From the NCBI GenBank assembly GCA_051382335.1, contig JBBCAX010000336.1:1-31105 (forward strand): a stretch of DNA of 31,105 bases. Reading direction: 5' to 3'. This stretch comes from Deltaproteobacteria bacterium TL4 (GTDB lineage: Bacteria > SAR324 > NAC60-12). Below are positions 1-6,728 of this stretch, in pieces. Under the pieces are notes generated by a model that saw only the letters and a program-made list of their open reading frames with translations, did no database searches and had not been told where the DNA came from. The position numbers were made by a program, and so were the translations under genes. The first letter of the stretch is position 1. Every line of letters starts with the position of its first letter.

Positions 1-255
1 TCGGAATAAGCGCAGCGATTCCGACACAATGTCGATAAAATGTAGGTCGGAATAAGCGCAGCGATTCCGACACAATGTCGATAAAATGTAGGTCGGAATA
101 AGCGCAGCGATTCCGACACAATGTCGACAAAATGTAGGTCGGAATAAGCGCAGCGATTCCGACACAATGTCGATAAAATGTAGGTCGGAATAAGCGCAGC
201 GATTCCGACAAGATGTAGACAAAATGTAGGTCGGAATAAGCGCAGCGATTCCGAC
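1..255 (+). repeat. Tandem array of GTAG-type REP (GTAG-GTCGGAAT-AAGCGCAGCG-ATTCCGAC), 46-bp period, 6 copies visible (first truncated by window edge)
   Basis: GTAG starts at 42, 88, 134, 180, 226; 8-bp stem GTCGGAAT/ATTCCGAC; 16-bp near-identical linkers (ACAATGTCGATAAAAT and variants); adjacent to a RAYT gene. Confidence 0.93.
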
Positions 256-271
256 AGAACCAACATTCATG

Positions 272-787
272 TTATTCAATCTCCATCTCCTCAATATTTT
301 GTGGCATCTGGCTTCCCCAACTCTCCGGATAAATTCCCTCAGCCACCATTTTTTCAAATGATCCATAAGGCCAATCTTTTGGTGAATTGACCAAACCATG
401 TTTAACCGGATTATAATGAATATAATCCATGTGTCTTCGCCAATCGTCTTCATCACGGATCAAATGTTCCCAAAATCGGTGTTGCCATATCTGTTTTTCT
501 CCTCTGGAATTGACGGGGGTTGAAATGCCTTTTGAAAAACAGGATTTAACCAGACGCCAACGTGTTGAAAAATTATGATCTCCTTCAGGCATCCTCCATA
601 GGGCATGCAGGTGGTCTGGCAAAATCACGATGGCATCAATATGGAATGGATACCGGGTCATTACTTTTCCAAAGCAAGAACGCAGTCGATTGATATTGTC
701 CGGTTGTGTTAAAATCGGAATACGCTGGTGTGTCACAACAGTAAAAAAATAAGTTCCTCCTTGTTGATACCATCGACGATATTGCAT
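272..787 (-). CDS. REP-associated tyrosine transposase (RAYT/TnpA-REP, Y1 HUH family)
   Basis: GGTYFFTVVT N-terminus, HUH motif LPDHLHALW, IWQHRFWEHLIRDE, catalytic Tyr in YIHYNPVKHG; AAGGAG RBS upstream; REP arrays on both sides. Confidence 0.95.
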   Translation of the reverse strand: MQYRRWYQQGGTYFFTVVTHQRIPILTQPDNINRLRSCFGKVMTRYPFHIDAIVILPDHLHALWRMPEGDHNFSTRWRLVKSCFSKGISTPVNSRGEKQIWQHRFWEHLIRDEDDWRRHMDYIHYNPVKHGLVNSPKDWPYGSFEKMVAEGIYPESWGSQMPQNIEEMEIE

Positions 788-828
788 GCCTTATCTCCTT
801 TCGGAATCTGCACTTATTCTACCAATCT

Positions 829-1362
829 GTCGGAATCGCTGCGCTTATTCCGACCTACCAATCTGTCGGAATCGCTGCGCTTATTCCGACCTACCAATCT
901 GTCGGAATCGCTGCGCTTATTCCGACCTACCAATCTGTCGGAATCGCTGCGCTTATTCCGACCTACCAATCTGTCGGAATCGCTGCGCTTATTCCGACCT
1001 ACCAATCTGTCGGAATCGCTGCGCTTATTCCGACCTACCAATCTGTCGGAATCGCTGCGCTTATTCCGACCTACCAATCTGTCGGAATCGCTGCGCTTAT
1101 TCCGACCTACCAATCTGTCGGAATCGCTGCGCTTATTCCGACCTACCAATCTGTCGGAATCGCTGCGCTTATTCCGACCTACCAATCTGTCGGAATCGCT
1201 GCGCTTATTCCGACCTACCAATCTGTCGGAATCGCTGCGCTTATTCCGACCTACCAATCTGTCGGAATCGCTGCGCTTATTCCGACCTACCAATCTGTCG
1301 GAATCGCTGCGCTTATTCCGACCTACCAATCTGTCGAAATCGCTGCGCTTATTCCGACCTAC
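829..1362 (-). repeat. Tandem array of the same 30-bp GTAG REP in opposite orientation, 36-bp period, 15 copies
   Basis: Plus-strand unit GTCGGAATCGCTGCGCTTATTCCGACCTAC-CAATCT starting at 829, 865 ... 1333; last copy has one substitution; a degenerate copy lies at about 801-823. Confidence 0.95.
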
Positions 1363-4300
1363 CAAACAAATCCTCTTGCACAGGTGCCGTGTGTTTCACG
1401 TCTCTGGCCAGTTTTTCCATTTCTGGCCAGGACACGATCAGGGTGTTGTAGGCCAGGGCTTCCTGTGCCCAGCCCTTTCGTTCACAGAGGTTGTACAGGC
1501 GATAGGCCAGTTCCCGTGTGGTTTCCTTCAGGGAAGCGTCGTAATGGGAAAACAATTCAGCGGCTCCGGACTCGCCCCTCTGTTCCAGTTCACGGATCAG
1601 GTACTGCACCCCTTCCCAGACGGTGAGCCGTTTGTCGGTTTCCGGCAGCCAGTCCTTCAGCAGTTCGTTCCGTTTCAGCAACCGAACCTTGCCCGTGCGG
1701 GATTCCAGAATTCCGGCTTCCACCACCCCCGACACACTGGTGTTCTTGGCCTTGGAAAGCACTTCCGCTTCCCCGTAAGGCCCTTCCTTGAAGGCATACT
1801 GTTCGTACCAGGACAACGCCCAGCGGGTGTCGGCTTCGTACTCCCCTTCCTGCTCCGTCAGGAATTCATCCATCATCTGATTGATGAGTTGTAACGCCGT
1901 CCGTACCGACATCCGACTCCCATCGGCTTCCACCACCTTCCGGTAACGGGAATAAATGGCCATGCCTGGACCGATGGACGCCTGAGCCAGATCCACAGGA
2001 GCGATGTTGCCCAATTGAAGCTGGATCAAGGCTTTGGGCATCTCCTGTTTGAGTTGAGCGATGAACTCCCGCCGGTCAATCATCGGGGCCGTTTCCAGAC
2101 GGGGACGACACACCAGCACAATGGAGGAGGCCAGAGCATTGGTACCAATACTCACACTACGGGCTGATCTCTCGGTTCGCATGGGCCAGGTTCCGACTAT
2201 GGCAAACCCTGCCTGAATCAGTCCTTCCAGCATGGTTTCCCAACCCGTTGAAGCGGAACTGTCGGAGGGAGAGCGTCCCGCTCTCCCTGAGGGCGAGACG
2301 CCCTCACTCCCAGACAAATCACTCTCCGATTCTTCTGTCTGTTTGAAAGCATAGTACACCGTCAAAGGGAATTCAGGATGGGCGGATTCCCTGGCTCGCT
2401 GAAACACCTGCCCCAACCCTTCTTCAAAAAACTGACGGGCTTTGTTCTTGTTGCCGCCAAAACGGTAAGGCGTGGCAACCAGTTCAGGAGCTTTGGGAAC
2501 CAGCATCGTGCTGAACAGTTGAGGGTGTACCTTGTTCAGGGACCGCCGGAGCCAGACATAAAAAAAATCCGATAAATCAGCGTAACCGATGTTGTCATAA
2601 TACGGTGGGTCGGTGGAAATCAAAGGTGCGTTTTCTGGGAGCGCGGACGTCTCGTCCGCTTTTTCCTGCAGGCGGGACGCCTGCGCTCCCAGGTTTTTCC
2701 ACCCTGTCGCGGCATCTTTTTGATGAACCATTCCCTGGACTCCTGCTGGGGATTGCTGAACCACTTTCCAGATCCAGTCTATACAAGAACTAAAATTTCC
2801 TGTTGAATCGCTAAAAGGATTTCCTTCCGCATAATCCCACACCATCGGAATGGCTTGGCGTCCAAATGTGTTACGAATTGTATCTCTTCCAGAATTCCAA
2901 CTACAAACTGCTGACCAATAATCGGATCCTTTATCCACAGCAAACCCCAAATAGGTGGCGACGGCATCGGCGTAGGCGGTGGCTCCGGTTCCGCCTTCGG
3001 ACAGGGGGATTTCATCTTGGGAGGAATGTCCCTGGGAGCGTAGGCGTCCCGCCTGCATTTTTTCCTCTCTCGTGCTACTCCACTTCCATTCCTGAGGTTC
3101 GGACACCAACCCTGCCTTCACCGGATTATATTCAATATACTCGCACGTTCGATTCCAATGTTCCTGATTACGAATCATGCGATCAAAATATTCTTCCTGC
3201 CAAAACGCGCCCTGCCGATGAAGAAGACGATTGGCTTCTTTCGCCGTATAGGATTTCCAGGAATGCACAATACCGGACAAACTGTTCTGGTGTAACGGAG
3301 TGATGAGCACATGCACATGATTGGGCATGATGCACCAGCGATGGAGTTGATAACGTATCCCATCAAAATGCAATAAGGCGTTTTGTAGGATCTCCGCGAT
3401 TTCAGGACGTTTCAACCAACACTCGCCGATGCCCTGATCCAGCGATTCTTCAATGCGGTGCCTGCGCTCTTGTTGACGATCCTCTTCGGAGAGGTGTTGC
3501 AGTTCATGCTGCCATTGCTGAAGCAAGGATTGGGGTAAGGAATCCCGCAAACGAAACGTGATGCTCTGTGGCTGTTCGCCCGCCTCAAAATGGGGCAAAT
3601 AGCCCCGTGAGTGCCATGCCTTTCGTGAACGTACCTTGGAAGACGATCCTGGGAGCGCGGACGTCTCGTCCGCTTTCTTTTGCAGGCGGGACGCCTGCGC
3701 TCCCAGGTAATCTTCCTTCACTTTTTCCCTGGCCTCCCCCACCAGATCGCTGAAGGTGGTCAGGGCCACCAGTTGACGGGGGGTGAAGAGGTCAGCAAAG
3801 GATGTCATGCCATAGTTGGGGGTTTTAAAATCTCTTGGATTATGAGGCAGGTCATGCTCTGGAATCCATGTTGGATTAGCTTTTGATGCCAACTGTTCAT
3901 GTTCTTCCGTTGGGGAAAGATACACTCTTCCTGATTTGCCTTCAGCAACAATTGCCATCAGTTTTTCTTTGACACGACCTGCTTTTCCCTCTTTCCTAAT
4001 GTAATCAAATGGCATTGGGCTTTCCGTCAATAAGCAAGTACCCCCTTTTCTCCCAATAACTCCTTCTCTAGGTTTTCCTGTACCTGACCGTACCTCAAAG
4101 CGATAGGTCATGCTCTGATGGTCAAGGATGGGTTCCACCCAGGCTTCCTTGCCTTTTTTAGTGGAGAGGGAGAACGAACGGACCAGAGGGACATGATTTC
4201 CTTTAGCGGCAGGATTGGGGCTGGCCACGGTTCTGGCCCAGAGCCAGGCGATGACGGTGGCTTCGCCGCCGCCTTGATCTTCGGGAAGCTGGACTTTGGG

Positions 4301-4927
4301 GTAGAGGTGACCAATCCTTTTAAAAGCTTCATCCCGCATCCACTGGCCGTAGTAGCGGATGTCTTCCGCCAACCCTGTCGCTCCATGCCAGCTTCCGCCA
4401 TGCCCCATCTGCTTTCGTGAATCAGGGTTGACGGGAGCCTGTCCGGCAAACTTGGGAGGGATTTCAATCAGGGCTTTGGTGATGAGGACGGCTACCGGAT
4501 TGAGATCACTGCCGTGAGCTTCCAGCCCCAAACGCTGGGCTTCCAACGGAATCGAACCTCCACCACAAAAAGGGTCCAGCACGGGAGGTGGGTTGCCGTC
4601 GGTGGATTTCAGGATTTCTTTTCGTGCTCGCTTGAGTACGTCCTCATTGTTGGAGTTTTCCCACAGCACCAGTTCTTCGATCAAACGAAATAACCGCTGA
4701 CGTTCCACATTTTGGGCTTCTTCCGTGGGAAACTGATCCGGCAGGCTGGAAGGGTCATCCACCAGGGAGGCAAACAACACGGCCCGGCACGTCGCCAGGG
4801 GGCGTCGTGCCCACCACAAATGTAATGTCGAAGGGTGTCCATGCCGAATGGATTTTTCACGGGCTGAAGCGGTATTGATCGCTTCCAGCGGCAAGGCCAC
4901 TTCAATCAGTTTTTTCTTTTGGGTCAT
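1349..4927 (-). CDS. DUF1156-type adenine DNA methyltransferase with an internal in-frame RAYT domain
   Basis: N-terminal KKLIEVALPL...LHLWWARRPL (DUF1156), SAM-binding motif VLDPFCGGGSIP, catalytic TDPPYYDN; residues ~438-620 form a Y1 transposase domain. Confidence 0.92.
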   Translation of the reverse strand: MTQKKKLIEVALPLEAINTASAREKSIRHGHPSTLHLWWARRPLATCRAVLFASLVDDPSSLPDQFPTEEAQNVERQRLFRLIEELVLWENSNNEDVLKRARKEILKSTDGNPPPVLDPFCGGGSIPLEAQRLGLEAHGSDLNPVAVLITKALIEIPPKFAGQAPVNPDSRKQMGHGGSWHGATGLAEDIRYYGQWMRDEAFKRIGHLYPKVQLPEDQGGGEATVIAWLWARTVASPNPAAKGNHVPLVRSFSLSTKKGKEAWVEPILDHQSMTYRFEVRSGTGKPREGVIGRKGGTCLLTESPMPFDYIRKEGKAGRVKEKLMAIVAEGKSGRVYLSPTEEHEQLASKANPTWIPEHDLPHNPRDFKTPNYGMTSFADLFTPRQLVALTTFSDLVGEAREKVKEDYLGAQASRLQKKADETSALPGSSSKVRSRKAWHSRGYLPHFEAGEQPQSITFRLRDSLPQSLLQQWQHELQHLSEEDRQQERRHRIEESLDQGIGECWLKRPEIAEILQNALLHFDGIRYQLHRWCIMPNHVHVLITPLHQNSLSGIVHSWKSYTAKEANRLLHRQGAFWQEEYFDRMIRNQEHWNRTCEYIEYNPVKAGLVSEPQEWKWSSTREEKMQAGRLRSQGHSSQDEIPLSEGGTGATAYADAVATYLGFAVDKGSDYWSAVCSWNSGRDTIRNTFGRQAIPMVWDYAEGNPFSDSTGNFSSCIDWIWKVVQQSPAGVQGMVHQKDAATGWKNLGAQASRLQEKADETSALPENAPLISTDPPYYDNIGYADLSDFFYVWLRRSLNKVHPQLFSTMLVPKAPELVATPYRFGGNKNKARQFFEEGLGQVFQRARESAHPEFPLTVYYAFKQTEESESDLSGSEGVSPSGRAGRSPSDSSASTGWETMLEGLIQAGFAIVGTWPMRTERSARSVSIGTNALASSIVLVCRPRLETAPMIDRREFIAQLKQEMPKALIQLQLGNIAPVDLAQASIGPGMAIYSRYRKVVEADGSRMSVRTALQLINQMMDEFLTEQEGEYEADTRWALSWYEQYAFKEGPYGEAEVLSKAKNTSVSGVVEAGILESRTGKVRLLKRNELLKDWLPETDKRLTVWEGVQYLIRELEQRGESGAAELFSHYDASLKETTRELAYRLYNLCERKGWAQEALAYNTLIVSWPEMEKLARDVKHTAPVQEDLFGRSE
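2262..2313. repeat. In-frame inverted pair of CTGGGAG-type REPs in the methyltransferase (encodes SGSEGVSPSGRAGRSPS)
   Basis: Hairpins GAGAGCG-TCC-CGCTCTC (+) and CTGGGAGT-GAGGGCG-TCT-CGCCCTC (-). Confidence 0.8.
2635..2692. repeat. 58-bp inverted REP pair (REPIN-like), in frame just before the DPPY motif
   Basis: CTGGGAGC-GCGGACG-TCT-CGTCCGC, 7-bp linker, TGCAGGCG-GGA-CGCCTGC-GCTCCCAG; encodes LGAQASRLQEKADETSALP; matches 3649-3706 except in the linker. Confidence 0.9.
3032..3706 (-). mobile_element. REP-bounded RAYT element (675 bp = 225 codons) inserted in frame in the methyltransferase gene
   Basis: WHSRGYLPHF...ITFRLRDSLP, HUH motif IMPNHVHVL, WKSYTAKEAN, FWQEEYFDRMIRN, YIEYNPVKAGL; REP pair at 3649-3706 and single inverted REP at 3032-3057. 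Confidence 0.9.
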
Positions 4928-5622
4928 AAGGTTTCGTTGTTGGATGGTGAGGTAAAAAGTCGGTTCAGCCAGTCAATAAAGGGTTTCACTTCAGCAACAT
5001 CTGAATCTAAAAAACGAGCGTGAATGGCCTGTCCCATTGGTGTACCAGGTCTTTCCTGCCAAGCCAGCCATGTATGGATTTCTGCCTTCCGCACGTCAAC
5101 ATCAATGAATCGTTGTTGCACCTCTCGTATGGCTTTAACGGACTGTTCGGCATGAGGCCAAAGTTGATCGTCGGCAGGGGTCATGAAGCGGACGAAATCT
5201 TCCAGTGCGCCAGGAAGTTGGTTATTGGGCATGATCCAAATTCCCATGGTGGCCCAATCTTCGGATTGCAGGATGCTCCCCTCTGGAATCGGTTGTTCAG
5301 GAAATTGATATCCGAGTGGGGCTAGACGGTCTTTCAGGGATTGCCAACGATTCTTTACACCCTTCTTATGTTTTTCTTCCGTATCCGCATCAATAATCAC
5401 TCCCACAAGTCCATCAGCATTGCTTTGAACAGCTTCTGGCACGCTTTCCAGAACCGTTTCAGCATTACCCAAATCTTTGATCTGAATTTTTAGATTTTGA
5501 TCTTTCAAAATCAATTGCTGATGCGGCGTATCCTCTATGATTGCAAAATGTCGTTTGATCAGATGAATGAGGACATGTTTGTCATCCAAACCTTCAACCA
5601 AAAAAATACAGGAGGTTTTCAT
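4924..5622 (-). CDS. DUF3226-like (TOPRIM-like) protein
   Basis: LVEGLDD, GVIIDAD, GIWIMPNNQLPGALEDF, KAEIHTWLAWQERPG; TGATG and ATGA overlaps with its neighbours. Confidence 0.8.
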   Translation of the reverse strand: MKTSCIFLVEGLDDKHVLIHLIKRHFAIIEDTPHQQLILKDQNLKIQIKDLGNAETVLESVPEAVQSNADGLVGVIIDADTEEKHKKGVKNRWQSLKDRLAPLGYQFPEQPIPEGSILQSEDWATMGIWIMPNNQLPGALEDFVRFMTPADDQLWPHAEQSVKAIREVQQRFIDVDVRKAEIHTWLAWQERPGTPMGQAIHARFLDSDVAEVKPFIDWLNRLFTSPSNNETL

Positions 5623-6662
5623 CAGCGAACCTCCAGTTGATCTCGAACGAGAATTTTCAATGAATCTCTATCAAAAAGGTCAGCACGAATATTCTCTTTT
5701 TTTTGTCTTAATCGTATAAGCAAAGCGTCTACTTCAGGATTTTCCTGGGTGGCTCTTTGGAAACCATCAATACAATCCCAACTGTGAGTGGTGGCAAACA
5801 CCTGGACGTTCAGCCGTTCGGCCACCTCAAAGATGAATTTCCATACGTCCGGCTGGATGGAATAATGAAAACCGCTTTCGATTTCGTCGATCAAAATCCA
5901 TCCGTCTTTGGCATTGACCAGGGCCAGAGCAATGCCGAACAGCCGATTCATTCCTTCTCCCAGGTTTCTCAAAGGAATCCGCTCTTTTAGTCCTTGGATC
6001 TTTACGATAGGAATCCGGGAAGTACTGTACTCTTCCGCTACAATAAAATTAACCCGCTGGATTTCAGGGTTTAAGAGTCGCAGGCAACTGTTTACATCTT
6101 CCTCAAATTCCGTACTGGCAATTCTATCCCATAAGACTGCCATCAATTGTCGATGCGACCCATGAGCAGGGATAAATCTGCATTGAATTTGTTGAAATTT
6201 TTTTTGATCCCATATTGCTGCCGCACGTGCAAAGTTTTCATATTCAGGAATAGCGACATTTCCTTGCTTACCGTAAAAAATCCTAATCGTTGCCACGGAT
6301 TGTTCTATAGTGAATCCTATGGAAAACAGGTTTTCTTCAGAAGTCGCTTTGATCTTAATAAAGATATCATCTTGTTCTGAGCGAGAACTTCTAGGCAATA
6401 AATGGCGGACATGTTTTAGAAGAGTTAAGTTCTGATTGTTTGGAAAGTTATCTGCATTTGTTTCATCTCGATTGTTTAAAATGTTCCATAATATGAACGG
6501 ATTGCCTCTGTTCGCATATAAATCTAGACTTTCTAAAAGACACGTTTTCCCCACATTATTTTTGCCGACAATCAGGTTGATTCTGCCGAGTCGTTCAATT
6601 TTTAAATGCTCGAATACACGGAAGTTTTGGATCTCTAATGAGTTGATGAAGAAATCAGGCAT
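5622..6662 (-). CDS. AAA_15/AAA_21-type (ABC-like) ATPase
   Basis: LEIQNFR, Walker A GKNNVGKT, LGEGMNR signature, Walker B LIDEIESGFH, ATTHS; start moved to the ATG at 6662 because the track's upstream extension runs through a REP. Confidence 0.88.
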   Translation of the reverse strand: MPDFFINSLEIQNFRVFEHLKIERLGRINLIVGKNNVGKTCLLESLDLYANRGNPFILWNILNNRDETNADNFPNNQNLTLLKHVRHLLPRSSRSEQDDIFIKIKATSEENLFSIGFTIEQSVATIRIFYGKQGNVAIPEYENFARAAAIWDQKKFQQIQCRFIPAHGSHRQLMAVLWDRIASTEFEEDVNSCLRLLNPEIQRVNFIVAEEYSTSRIPIVKIQGLKERIPLRNLGEGMNRLFGIALALVNAKDGWILIDEIESGFHYSIQPDVWKFIFEVAERLNVQVFATTHSWDCIDGFQRATQENPEVDALLIRLRQKKENIRADLFDRDSLKILVRDQLEVR

Positions 6663-6692
6663 GGTGACCTTTTCAATAATGTTGATACGCTT

Positions 6693-6728
6693 GTCGGAAT
6701 CGTCGCTCCGCTCCTTATTCCGACCTAC
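6693..6728 (-). repeat. Single variant GTAG REP overlapping the helicase stop codon
   Basis: GTAG-GTCGGAAT-AAGGAGCGGAGCGACG-ATTCCGAC; same stem as the arrays at 1-255 and 829-1362, with a longer loop. Confidence 0.88.

Noticed and set aside
1..1362. CRISPR array
   Set aside because: Linkers are 6 or 16 bp and essentially identical, there are no cas genes, and the GTAG + hairpin flanking a RAYT indicates REPs
728..1894. Repeat-protein ORFs 728-1894, 786-1451 and 814-1365
   Set aside because: By-products of a 36-bp tandem unit lacking stops in those frames; most overlap real genes on the opposite strand
3032..3706. Intein or group I/II intron in the methyltransferase
   Set aside because: No N-terminal Cys/Ser plus His-Asn splice junctions and no LAGLIDADG or RT motifs; the motifs are HUH/Y1
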